Shown here: positions 47,408 to 60,766 of the stretch, one piece after another
Layout: each line of letters opens with the position of its first letter
Numbering within the stretch: the stretch's first letter is position 1
Assembly (NCBI RefSeq): GCF_002113885.1
Contig: NW_018403780.1
Span: 12,438-76,437, forward strand
Direction: 5' to 3'
DNA: 64,000 bases
From: Mizuhopecten yessoensis
Lineage: Eukaryota
Position numbers and translations under genes: made by a program
Notes under the pieces: generated by a model
Seen by the model: the letters and a program-made list of their open reading frames with translations, nothing else
Databases searched by the model: none
What the model was told of the DNA's origin: nothing

Positions 47408-50400
47408 CTGGGAATAGAACAAAGTACAAAATCATTTCTACATGATGTTAATTGCACATTTTCAATTACATTGACGTCACCAGTATGTTAAAATTACTGT
47501 TACTCGAACGGTTGTTCTCATTTTGTTTTCAATAAATAGGTTACAACACAAGGTTTCCAGACGTGCATGTTGGTAAAGACTATGGACAAGTCGCATTACG
47601 CGTCTGAGAGCGTAAGGATATGTCATATGTATATCGCACGCAGTTTGCCTCTGACTGCCAAATAGCAGCATTTTGTTTTTACTTTAAACATGAAACATAT
47701 ATTTCCTAAATAAAAAATTGTTAACCGGTGCTTCGACAAAAATTTAACTGAAACTAAACTCAATGAATATGATGCTTTTCACCGTGTTTGTCATTAAAAC
47801 ACGGTGAGGTCATATCTAAACCAGCATGCGCTGTGACCTACTTATATTTTAATGACCAATATCTTTAAATATCTTCTACTTATCCTACATAATTTAAATC
47901 TCCAATCCGAACAAATAACAGTTTTTACACAAACGGTTTTCTGAAAGAAGATGTCAAACAAAACATTACATCCTACCCTCTCTTACTTTAAATCCCGCCT
48001 CGGTATGACGGATTAGGATATGTTTTGATAGAATATGTTGTACTTGTAACTGTTATATTGTAGTTTGAACCTTGTTAGGCACGGTATTACTGAACAACTT
48101 GCTTAATGTATAATTAAATCCTTTTGTGGTTAAAACCTATACATTTACAACGTGATAAACGACATTATAGGGGTTCTCCCCATGCTGTATTTCTACATAT
48201 GGTGTGGAACATTTATCTGGTTACTCCGGGTTAAAACTTAATTGCAGAAATTATAACATCAAGTGCAATAATAGCTGTGTGAATTTGTGCTATTTGCTAC
48301 ATCATTAATACATAATTACTATTTGATACATGACGAGTTATCAAAATCATATTCTAAATGGGAGCATTCTTTTACAACGGGTAAAAGCAATATAAAACTG
48401 GTTTAATTGTTCACAAAGGTTCTTTAAGCCATATTTAAGTGATACATTTAAACTTATGATTAGATTTAAAAAAATAAAAAGATTTACAACATTTTTAAAT
48501 CTGTTGACAGAATTAATTCGACTATACTTATTAAGTAGTTCGATATCAAATATATAGGTAGTACATATTACAAAGTAGATTCATCTGCCACACTTATTAT
48601 TATATCCTGGGGTATAACACATTAAATTGTAAATTGGATTTTTATTCTTTGACCTAAGCTACCACTGCAGATTACCGATGAGATGGTCACGTGGTGCAGT
48701 GAATGTTTGGTTTAGTTCATGAAATTTCTCATTTATTAATGGAATCGTTTTTTGGAGCGTTTTTTTGTAGTGATCATTAATTTTCATTCTAGTGAGTTAA
48801 TATTTCTAACTCACTGTAATATATAATGTTAAAGGTACACAGCATAGCATTCTGTTGACAGATTTATGAGTCAAATTGATCAATTGTATTGATTAATGTA
48901 TTAGTTCATGTATGCGTTAATCATATTGATTGTATATCTATGTACTGTAAACACGCTTTAGAGTAGCTTATTCTAGCTAGATAGGGCGCAGTATCAAATG
49001 TTGTATATTTATTTATTTGTATTTATTCTTTATTATCTTCAGGTATATTCCTGAAAATGTTTTTAGGGGTTGTGGAACAGTCCAATTCAGCACAGCACCT
49101 TATATTTAGTTTTATTCAAATGGTTTTACATTTACTTTCGTAGTTCTTGACCTCTAATGAAATAAGTTTGCTAAGTCATAATCAAAACGCCTATGTTACT
49201 AAGTCAGCCGTGATGAAGTAATTGACACGTGATATCTGATGAAACAATTTCACATGAGTCGTAACTATCTATCACAAGTAATACATCGGTTAGTTACAAA
49301 TTATCATAAGTCCGTAGTAAGCATGGTACATGTATATTGCAAGCATATATTGCATTTACTTACATAGAGAATGAATATCTAATGAAACCATATTGATGAA
49401 ACATTTACCGTAACCATATATCATCAATTCTATATTGTTAGTTACACGTTATCATTAGTCCTTAATGAGCATTTAACATTCATATTACATGTTAAAGGAC
49501 ATTTATTTACATATGTAATGAACATCTTATGAAACAATTTTACACTAGCCCTTACTATATGTCGCAAGTAATATATTACTAATTTCATGTTGTCATTAGT
49601 CCTTAATGAGCTTTTTACATTCATATTACACGTATAATGCGATAACTAAAATAGCTAATAAATATGTAATGAAACCATGTAACTATAAGTAGAGTTCTCA
49701 CAATGGGGTCCCCTGACCACTGATTTAAGTCAATTTAAGGGTGCTGATTGAAATGAGCTGGGATGAACCTCGTGAAAATGTGGGCTAACTCGGCCAGACG
49801 CAAAAATTCAAAATGGCCGCCACCCGTCGTCTTGTATATAAAAAAATACACATCTTTGCTTCTAAAAAAATCTTTTTTAAATTTCAGTGCCTGACGTTGG
49901 CTCGGAGTATCTCATTGATGTGTCGTAATTCATAAAAAGACAAGGAAGATCAATATTCATGTCAATAACACTCGTAAAATTGAATGTTTAGCTAGAACAA
50001 ACACGGTACTGAGTGATCATAAAAAATTCTACCGAAAATCAATAATTCATCGACATTTTATAAGGAGCGATATATATCGTTCACGTTCCTTGGTTATGTG
50101 GGTCACCATTGCTTTGTATACGTGTCTAGTTCTGTTTATAATGTATAAAAACGAAACCTCAATTGGTTCAATCAGGATGTGTTTATAATGAGGAAAGGCG
50201 AGTTCTACAGCACTGTAACACCGAGTCAATCAGTTAATTGATTCGCATTCGCATTAAAGCTGCATTGCAACTACCTAAACCTACAAAAGTCAGGTGTTAG
50301 TAAGGAGACAAACATTATAGCATCTTTGATACTGTGACGTCATATCATGTCCAATGCCTAGTTTTTCATGCAAAGTCGAAGATAGTTTATCAGATTACGC

Positions 50401-50762
50401 TTTTACACATACACAAAAAGTGTTCCTTATATATAAATGAAATATAAATAAAAACATTAAAGGTCATTGTAGAATTGAAAACGTACATAGTTAAGCGGTA
50501 GTTTTATTTTAGTATCTTTAAATATTGCGCTACATAATGAATGTGCTAATTGAAATTCTTGTTCATTTTTCTTTATCGGATATTTCATGGATGCGCTAAT
50601 TCATCCATGCGCTAATTCATTAAAATTTGATAGAGCGCTATACTTTGCGTGCGCTAAAATGAGAACGTTTTAAGTATATAATCGTTATCAAATTCGAAAC
50701 AAAATTGTCTGTTTTTTTTACAAATAAAATAAAACAATATGGTGGATAATAATGAAACATAC

Positions 50763-50909
50763 CTGGGAGGAGAGTCCAGTTGACGATTTCCTGTTGAACT
50801 GTAAAATCTGCCAGTCTAGGAACTGTAATATCAGCATGACGGCTACAGCGCAGGCAGAACACTTGATCTTAATACCCCGTGTGCGTCTCATGGTTCCGAA
50901 AATTTGCAT
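50763..50909 (-). CDS. First coding exon of the glycosyltransferase-like gene: basic tail plus signal anchor
   Basis: MQIFGTMRRTRGIKIKCSACAVAVMLILQFLDWQILQFNRKSSTGLSSQ, with donor CAG|GTATGT in phase 0 joining PLQEV. Upstream acceptor TTTTCCAG at 50933. Start is ATG 50909 or 50891 (392 or 386 aa). Confidence 0.8.
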
Positions 50910-52334
50910 TTCAGTCAGTTTCAAAATATGGTCTGGAAAATCAAAATACATGAAATAATTGTCAAGTTTGGAAACAAATGCGTACAATAAAAAAAGGAAA
51001 ATGTATTCAATGTTGTCATGACACGACAACAACTTAAACTAAAAAGACACCAGAAAATAAATTAAAACCAAGTGAACCAGACTATCGACAATTAAAGTAT
51101 GGTATGGATATGTTCTATATTGAGAAATGGCGGGGTCCATAATATACACACTTATCTCATTATAAATTTGAATTTAACTAGTACTCCTCTGTTTTTTAAT
51201 TCATATAGCAAAGGGATTTTGTGCACCTCCCTTCCTGTTTCTACAAAACATTCGACCTTTTAAGATTTCACCTTTTCTGTCCCTAACATCACCGATGATT
51301 CCTAGAAGGACGAGAGAGCTGTATGGTACAGTGCCATTCGTTGTTTGCTTACTGTATCAATTACCCAATTATATAGGTGGAGTCCCATATGCGTGTGGTA
51401 CGTTCATCAATATAGACTATGTTGTAATCAATACATGATTAAACCCACCTTATAATTGTCAAAAACAATTTATCATTATTCCCAATGAACTGTATTCGTT
51501 TTTATATCAATGTATTATTACCGACCTCTCTACCATGACATGTATTATGCTAGTAACAAAACATCAAACTAGACCAATCAAATACAGTAAAAATCGATAT
51601 ATTAGGATAATTGGATATGTCAAACACTATTAACTTGATCACCGTTTCTAATTAGGGAAGGTCTCTACCCTATAAAATACTCATACTTCACCTTCCGACC
51701 GAACTCTAAAAGGCCTGTACCTGTTCAGTATGGCGTATGGATTGCGTCCGTGTTCTATACGCACTTTAGCAAGTACAATGCCACACACAAATACATCACT
51801 GGTTGTAAATTTAAAAATTAAAAGATACTTGATTTAACATCTTTCTGACCTAGTCTTGTCCTTTGTCTTTTGTGTGCATTTGATTTTTGTCTGTATACCT
51901 AATGTCACGAATACCATTTATTTATTAATCATTTATTTGTATATTAATTTGTGTGGGTGTGTAACTGTAAGTGTAAATGTGTCTGTGTATGTTTGTGTGT
52001 GTATTCTTTTTTGTCTCTGTATATAGGTACATGTTTGATAAGAATTTATCCATAGTGAATAAGAAAAACTATTAGCAACAACTCTTAAGCTTTAGGAGCT
52101 TTAACGACAATCATGTACCATATGTGTTGTATCATGTCATGTAAAAAAAATTGGAAATGAATAAAAAAAAAATATATAAAAAAACAATGCCACATTGTAA
52201 CAATCGTCTTCGCCTAAACCTTCCTGCCAATACCATGTGCCACATTGCCTGAATATCCACACATCTACACTACCATTTTCTGAAAAATTATTGATTTGCG
52301 TTTCTGACCCTTAGTGGATGTTTTCACAATTTGT

Positions 52335-52975
52335 TTCATTGGTTAACTCCCCATTTGCTCCAAACTCTAATTCATGTGTCTGTTTGGTGGACTCCTTTTT
52401 CAAAACATTTAATACGGTATGTCCCATGTGTTGACTTTTCTCCTAAACATTAAATACATTGTGTCTGACTGTTGACCGTACCTTCCAAACTCTGAAGTTT
52501 CAGTGGTTGCTCCGAACATTTAATTCAGTGTGTTTCACTTGGTTGACAACTCCTTCCACAAATCTGACACAAATACGTCAGTTTGGTTGAATCTTTTCCC
52601 CAAACTCTGATGACAGTGTGTCTTATGTGTTAACTCATCTTTCCAAACACTTGTTACCACTGATCTCATTGGATGATTCCTCTTTCCGAATATTTTTTTC
52701 AATTTGTGTCACTGGTGGACAATTTCTTCCAAAGCCTGACAGAAATGTGTCATATTGGTTGTTTCTCTTCCCCAACACTGAATACAATGTGTCAGTTTGG
52801 TTGAATAATGCTTCCAAACTCTGATAACAGTATGTCTTATGTGTTAGCTCATCTTTTATGTTTCACTGGTTGACTATTCCTTCCAAAGTCTCACTGGTTG
52901 AATCTTTTACCCAAACACCCAATAGAATGTGTCTCATTTGTTGACTTTTCTTCCAAACATTGAATACATTACGTC
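52335..52975. repeat. Highly degenerate ~40-45-bp tandem repeat
   Basis: Recurring TTGGTTGA.....TTCCAAAC...AATAC..TGTGTC units. Confidence 0.7.
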
Positions 52976-53100
52976 CCTTTAGTTGTCTCGGACTTCCAAC
53001 TTTTCGTTTACAGAACCGTTCTCCAGGACTTTACAAACCTTACTAGAGGTACAGTTTAATGGCGTACCTCGAGCAGACCGCACGTCAGTACCACACATAC

Positions 53101-53170
53101 CTGGCTGATCAGTCTCGATATCGACACTCCATATCCAGCGGTAACGCTCCACGCCAGAGGTAACATGTCG
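53101..53170 (-). other. Candidate non-coding 5' exon of the glycosyltransferase-like gene
   Basis: GC/CpG-richer island with the minus-strand donor CCAG|GTATGT at 53100. The coding exon has an upstream acceptor, so at least one 5' exon is required. Confidence 0.35.
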
Positions 53171-54196
53171 ATAAATTGTACATAGAATGTGTTTTATCAC
53201 ATAAACGGTTTGTGTGAAGCAGAAAACAAAATCCGTGCTTAAGTGACAATTGATTTTAAAGTAACTCAATAGCTATTTTAGATATAAAACTCCCGCTTAG
53301 ACAACGAAACAGTATAGCTACTTTTAGTGGTAAATTAAATATCATTAACAAATTACATTGCATATTACTTCATAAACTATTCCGATGATCTAAAGATTTG
53401 TTCTGATATTTTATTGCTGCTGAAGGTGACGTTATAAGTTAAAATTTGTCACGCCCTGAAGTTATCAAAATGAAATTGAAATGAAACTGTTAAGCTAACA
53501 ATGAATTTGATTATGCAGACCGTTACTAGTGATTGAATTATGACATACCAGCTTCAACATGACCCGCTGTGTGCTTCACAATGATTGATATAACCATCAT
53601 CGTGATCAATACCTTTCGTATTGGGAGATTGATTGAACTTAAAATCGTTATTATTTTCCCTTTAATTGATTTTACTCCAAAAATGCATTTATATATTCCT
53701 GGACACATATTGTACAGCATCATAATGTTATTAAGATCGTTTAAAAGGAAATAACATAAAATCAATAAGTAAAGTAAATGCTGTATACCGAGAATATTTC
53801 GCCCAGTCAAACTTTCGCCCTTTGTCAAAATAATCCATAGTCACCCAGTGTCAGTTTCGCGATTCATGGAATATGTCCAGAAAGCCAATGTTGTTTTGAC
53901 CTCATGAATGTTGAACAAATAAATTTCATTGGGAGTATTTATGTTAGTGTTATACAAATATATATTCACATTAACATACATGCACATGTATATTTTCATC
54001 AGCATCATACAGGAATTTTTACATTATCTTTTAACATGTAGCTTTACCTTTGATTGAAATTGCTGATGTAAAACTTAACCAACTAGCAATGTAAAATTTA
54101 ACTATTTACAATTTCATTGTTTTATTTTTTCTGTTACGCTTGTTGATTAGCACAGATCAGACCACGCGTAGTGTCATTAGTCTTATATTTTGGTAT

Positions 54197-54646
54197 TTAC
54201 ATGTATATCTAAATTAGCATTATACATATATATTAATAATAGCGTTACACATGTATATAATTACATTAGCGTTATGCTTATATGTTTACATTAGCGTAAT
54301 GCGTGTATATTTACATTAGCATTATGCGTGTATATCTACATTAGCGATATGCTTATATGTTTACATTAGCGTTATTCATGTATATTTACATTAGCGTTAT
54401 TCATGTATATTTACATAAGCGTTATTCATGTATATTTACATTAGCGTTATTCATGTTTATTCCATGAGCGTTATTCATGTTTATTACATTAGCGTTATTC
54501 ATTTATAGTTACATAAGCTTTATTCATGGATATTTACATTAGCGTTATTCATGTATATTTACATTAGCGTTATTCATGTTTATTTACATGAGCTTTATTC
54601 ATGGATACTTACATTAGCGTTATTCTTGTATATTTACATTAGCGTT
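54197..54646. repeat. 25-bp minisatellite (TTACATTAGCGTTATTCATGTATAT)n
   Basis: About 17 units, more degenerate at the left edge. Confidence 0.92.
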
Positions 54647-56877
54647 GATAACGCTTGGAAATGACACTTGAAAATATAACTACATGTATTTACAATATCA
54701 TTGTTTGATTTTTGACGTCAACCTTGTTATGGCATCACAATGGTGGCGTTGGGTTCAACTGAAACATGCTATTCCCTTTTCTTGAAAATCTAACACGATA
54801 TTGCTATTCGGGCGGAATTTCGAAGTTCATTTTCTATATGTCAATGAAGGTCAAATTATGATATTTGAGTCTTAAGCTACTTTAATATGGCTAATTATGC
54901 AATCCGTATTGCTTATAATTACCATCTGAAAGCAGTTTTACGTTTTAAAACATGTGACTAGTTTATATAGTAATCGACTCAATTCCACAACACTTACATT
55001 ATTCAGTGCATATTTTCTTATTTACAAACTACAAAAGCACTTATTTCTGTCATTGATTATGAGCTCACCAGAACCAAAGGTTGAAATAAGCTTATTCGTC
55101 TCAAAATCTCAATAATTGCCAGTTTCTGAACATGTTTGGCTTAGACTATAGCGCTTTTCATTTGGGGTACAAATGTATAGCATTGTCTGTATCCTTGTTA
55201 TAGCTTGCTTCTTTCACATATGGCCAACAGGGTTTTGTATATACCTGGTAATTCTTACCTAATAATAACCATGTTCTAACATTTATCTCTATTGAACGTC
55301 CAAAGCTACGTCATTCCTTCTACTTGTTAATTTGAATTATTACAAATTGTATTTCAACCTAAATGTGAGTCTCAAGACATGCAACCTAAGTTAAAAATTT
55401 GAATATTGAAATTTTTAAAACTTAGTGTGTGTAATCTGTTATTGGTAAAATAATGACGTTTTGTCATCTGGTTTGCATTGCTAAAACCTTAAACGATATT
55501 TTCTAAAACTTGTTTTCCGTATAACAACATTGCATTATTAAGATAGAAAATTCCTGTCAGAATCAGCTTAGACACATTTATGCACTGAGATCACCAACAT
55601 TCCATTTCTTGATTGTAACATCCAAATCTTTAATGCTGCAGTTAATTTGGTATTCGCCAGTGTCTTATTTATCCTACTGCAAGTTTTGGGAAATAGCAAA
55701 TCTGCTGGAAATCACTGTATAGACTAAGTTTATGTAATTTGCCCCCTGCAGATTCCGGGAGGAGGTTACTTATACATTGTTTGCCGTTGTTTCATTGAAG
55801 AAACCAAAATTTGCCACGAGTCCTTATTGCAACACTTACGACCTTTGTCTGTTCCTTTAATCCTTTTTCTACTTTCTGTGATGTCTCCCTCGGTCCGTTC
55901 TCCATACTTTGGTAGTGCGGGGACATGGGACCAGATACAATGATAAAAGACAATAAACATTAGTCACTGTGTGTTAGCAGAAAGCACCTTATTTTTCGCG
56001 TCCTTTGATAATGTATCTGATGCGACCCCTTGTAATGCTATCTTTTTATCACTTTTGTATAGTTGTGATAGCGCGGATCTGTTGCCGAATCTATAGTGTT
56101 ATCTCAACGAAATACCATGCCGAAATTAAAATATATAAAATGTACCACTGTGCAGTACTAACGCAGACTGACACCAAGTCAGCAAAATAATTAGAAATCA
56201 AAAACAAAAGACGTAACGGAAGGTTTGGTATTTCTTTGCCACCCGTTAAGGTAATTGAAGTTGTGCAGTAAATGTATAGACATTAACGAATGTGAGGATT
56301 TTACATATGTTTCTTCCAATCCAGATGTATGTGCTGTTACTGCAAGGAAATCTATGTAACACCATTCTAAAGTAAGAGATGAACTTAATCTCCTTTTTTA
56401 CAATAATCAATATACTTACATGTTCTGCCGGTTCAAATACACGAACAAGGCTTATATTCTGCAATCATCTTCGAGAGATGTTAGTTAGATAAATATACGT
56501 ATACAGACAAAGAAGATTCGTATCTGTGTTGTTGTAAGCATCGGTATATGCTATGTGTGCGCAACTGTCATATATGGTTCTTTTTATATAAAACATGCAT
56601 CAGTTAATGGTTCATGGATTCAAGTGGTTTCTGCCTCAGTACGTATTGAATTCCCAGCAGTGTCTGGTTGATCTTGGTGGTTTGCCCAAACATTAAATGC
56701 GACTCACACGTCGACTCAACCTGTATAAAAAAATAATTATAGATTGCGGTCTTTTTTAACTCCATCACGGAAGGGGTTTGTTTGATGTTTACATTTCCTG
56801 TTTTTTAACTGTTAGGTGGGGGGTTTTAAGACGTTGTTCACGGGTAATTAAACCACTTCAAAGGTTCATTATAGGGA

Positions 56878-57738
56878 AATGTCATTACCTGGATACTGTA
56901 GTAATGACACTCCAACAGGTCACTGTAATGTCATAACATGGACACTGTAGTATGACACTCCAACAGGTCACTGTAATGCCATAACATGGATACTGTAGTA
57001 TGACACTCCAGCAGGTCACTGTAATGTCATAACCTGGATAATGTAGTATGACACTCCAACATGTCACTGTAATGTCATAACCTGGATACTGTAGTATGAC
57101 ACTCCAACATGTCACTGTAATGTCATAACCTGGGCACTGTAGTATGACACTCCAACAGGTCACTGTAATGTCATAACAACCTGGATACTGTAGTAATGAC
57201 ACTCCAACAGATCACTGTAATGTCATAACCTGGACACTGTAGTATGACACTCCACTAGGTCACTGTAATGTCATAACCTGGATACTGTAGTATGACACTC
57301 CATCAGGTCACTGTAATGTCATAACCTGGGCACTGTAGTATGACACTCCAACGGGTCACTGTAATGTCATTACAACCTGGATACTGTAGTAATGACACTC
57401 CAACAGATCACTGTAATGTCATAACTTGGGCACTGTAGTAATGACACTCCAACAGGTCACTGTAATGTCATAACCTGGACACTGTAGTATGACACTCCAA
57501 CAGGTCACTGTAATGTCATAACCTGGATACTGTAGTATGACACTCCATCAGGTCACTGTAATGCCATAACATGTATACTGTAGTATGACACTCCAGCAGG
57601 TCACTGTAATGTCATAACATGTATACTGTAGTATGACACTCCAGCAGGTCACTGTAATGTCATAACATGGATACTGTAGTATGACACTCCAACAGGTCAC
57701 TGTAATGTCATAACCTGGATACTGTAGTATGACACTCA
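56878..57738. repeat. 48-bp minisatellite, ~18 copies
   Basis: (CCTGGATACTGTAGTATGACACTCCAACAGGTCACTGTAATGTCATAA)n. Confidence 0.95.
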
Positions 57739-59146
57739 AACCGTTCACATTAAACTGGCGCCGGCCTAACCAGGGTAGATCTCCACCATGTTAATAAGTT
57801 ACGTCAAGCAGGCAGTACTACGTTAATGATTCCAGTATCTATCCGCCAGTCACGGAACAGCTACAACAAACTACTGCCAGGAAAGTCGCTTGAAGATCCC
57901 AATTTATTCTAGTCGCTTTCGTGTCTTCATAAAAAAGGACGCAAAAAACCGATTCTTTATAACCGTGTAGTGAATAGATACGAAAAACAATCGCGAACAT
58001 CAATCTGCCGCCATCAATCTAACGGGTTTTTCATTCTTGACACTTTAGACTGTATTAAATAGTGATTCTTTAAATAGAAAAATCCGGGAATATAATCTTT
58101 AAGTTGCTTGGTACCGCTGCATCAGTTTTAATCACAAACAGTTTAGTAATACTACAGAGCTGTTATTTGCTCCAGTAAACATGTATTCATAGAGGATGAA
58201 GCAACAAAACCAGGAGATTTCTGGCTTAGAGTAAATAGTGATGGTGTCACGCAACAAGGACTCTGCTGATGCACTCTCAGTCTACGAGATTTGCCATCAC
58301 GATGTAGCATAATTGCATTTATTCTAGCAAGATTTACATGAAAAACTCTCTTCAGCATAAATTGTCCGTTGCGGCCAGACGTAACTTGTAACGTTATGAG
58401 CGGTTTTAAAGGCACCCTTCCCCGTAATGTACGTATGATATAGAACACCACAGACAGGGACTGTTTTCTGTTGACCTGCAGTACCACTGATGAGTTCTAA
58501 AAGATCGAAATGGCCATATGGTCAGTAAAGTGGTTACTTTGTTCGGCTGTCTGTATCTACAACACAAATCAAATAATCGTTTCCTTCCCTTGTCTTTGAG
58601 ATGATTATTTCCTCTGTCAGGGTATTCATCTATCATTATGATGCCGGGAATACTGCTTCCGAGTCTATATTTCATTTGCCAGTTTTTGATTAGGATGTGT
58701 GCCTGGTTGACGCTTTCGCGTGCAACACATAGCTCAAAGTTGTTTCCAATGTGTAGTTTCACGTACAGTTTTGGGGTAGTGGTTGTACGGGGATCCTTAA
58801 GTGCTAAAATTTCATACAACTATACTTCTGTAAAATTGCACTACGACATGTGACATATACTGAATTCTTCTGTAGAATAGGATTAAGCAACATACATATT
58901 TATAGAAAAATGATAGAGAAAATTTTATCTGGATGGAATTCTGATTTTTGTTTTAAGGATAAATAATTTCGCAAAACAACATGCTACTAAAGGATAAATA
59001 ATCGAGGTTTTACCTTGGACATGTTAAGGTGAAGAATCTGGACAGTACTGTATTCCCGGCCATTATCCCGCCTCTGACAAAAATGTAGCAATTTCATTGG
59101 CTGGCGCGAACCTCATACAAACCCGTATTATGCTTCCTGAAGGGGG

Positions 59147-59575
59147 TATATTTTCCGTATTACCCCTCTGTGGAGCCTCACAATCGTGACGTCATGACGC
59201 CAAGTTTTCGTGACGGCAGACGACGTAAACAAACATGGCGACGATGTTTGCTTCAAGAAACGATGATGAAATCAAGAGAATTAGGACGGATCTATCTTCC
59301 CGCAACACACAAAAAGCAACAAGAGATCGGCAACAACACTAAAAGATCCAATTTCGAAACGTTCGACAACGTCGCACTAAATGAGACGCTGTCCCACTTT
59401 TACATGGACTTGCAATCCCCACCATTCAACAGAAAGTTAGATATTATCAAAGATGATGAGTTTCGCGAGGCAAATTTCAACTTCTGATGAAATAAATAAA
59501 AAGTCGTCTGCGGAGCGAAGCGCCTCGCCCAATACAGGTTTTTTCATGGACCCCATATATTTCCGTATACCCCCT
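59147..59575 (+). mobile_element. Internally deleted Crypton-like (tyrosine recombinase, DUF3504/KCTD1-ZMYM-related) relic
   Basis: ATG 59235 gives MATMFASRNDDEIKRIRTDLSSRNTQKAT, then after a frameshift NFETFDNVALNETLSHFYMDL and QSPPFNRKLDIIKDDEFREAN. These match the NT.K.T, L...L..FY and I..D.EF..aN blocks. Confidence 0.7.
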
Positions 59576-60134
59576 GCAAGTGACTATGTCACTAATAATA
59601 TACTCATTGACATGAAAAATGTCCGTATCAATAAATATTTGTTGTTATCAGAGTGTTTTGGTATCGAACAACCATTAACTATAACTAGCAAGGATATATA
59701 TATAACACCATCCCGAAGCAAGAGTTTCACAATCATAAATATACTTACATGTGTTCAAAAGTGTTCAAATTCGTGTAAAGGCTATGATCAGCTTAATGTT
59801 GGAAAAATAGATTGATAAAGAATTGTGCATCGGTATATTATGTGTCTGAGGAAAGGTAAAAATAGTTCATCTTTTTAAATTATGCATAAGTAAACGAGTA
59901 TAAGCAGTTTCCACGTCAATGCGTACTGAATCAACAACCATGTCTGGTATATCCTGGTTGTTTTCCCAGCAATAAATGCGCTCCACATGGAGGTTTTGTT
60001 CAGTTCAAGCATGGAAGAGTGACAATTTCAGACTTGTGGTGTTGTGAATGTTAGTTAGATGTTTTAGTTTTGTTTTGTGTCATTTTTTCTTTGTTTGTTG
60101 TTGGGTGTTTTTTGGAGAGGGGGTTGTTTGTGAT

Positions 60135-60265
60135 TGACCGGATTGACGGGAGAAAAACTACCGACCTGCGGCCAATACCTGGCGACTGCCCCACGTAGAC
60201 CTAGAATAGGCGACCAAGCGGTGGGAGGCTAATGATCGTATACGGTCAGACGCCATATCGACTCA
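60135..60265 (-). mobile_element. Degenerate Meta-type SINE 5' part
   Basis: GGAGAAAAACTACCGACCTGCGGCCAATACCTGGCGACTGCCCCACGT resembles the reverse complement of a bivalve SINE head and body. Confidence 0.55.
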
Positions 60266-60766
60266 TGTGAAGATGGTTTCCACGTACAATGGAGGGTAGA
60301 GATAGTTAAGGCACACACCTCCTGGTAACATTATTCCGACAACAGGCTAATTAACCAGTCATCGCCAACACATTTAAAGTTTTTCGTCAAGGAAAGGGAA
60401 GAAAGTACGATATCGATCTCTATGGTTTGTTTTATCAGGAAACAAGCCATTCGGATTGATATGTCTCGCTGTGATCATCAATGTACATATCAGAGAAACT
60501 AACTTAAACGCAAAACCTTAATGTTGATGGAGATGCTGACAACCCCAATGGACAATGTCCTTTTCATTATTTATAGAGAGCTATCAGGGTGATTTGGTAT
60601 GGAACAACCATGAATTATGGATGTCAAAGAGAGAAGAAGTATGTACAAAATCGAAGTATAGTCTGTATTTAAATAAATAACAAGGTATGTGTGGGCATCA
60701 TTCAAGCGTTATATCGACTACTTTATTACTACATTATATTTCTATGTTGATTGAAAATCGTAGGAG

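Noticed and set aside
46376-47422. ORF-track start MFYSQ for the glycosyltransferase
   Set aside because: It begins at a non-ATG codon within the polypyrimidine tract; the real exon starts at 47407 after the AG.
56885-57748. Cys-rich repeat protein ORFs
   Set aside because: Minisatellite translations broken by frame-shifting unit variants, with no splice or start context.
57870-58853. ORFs 58152-58487 and 58406-58819, and a possible Mab-21/cGAS-like pseudogene on the + strand (TKPGDFWLRV, KRSKWP)
   Set aside because: Only scattered short resemblances across several frames with many stops; not supportable without a profile search.
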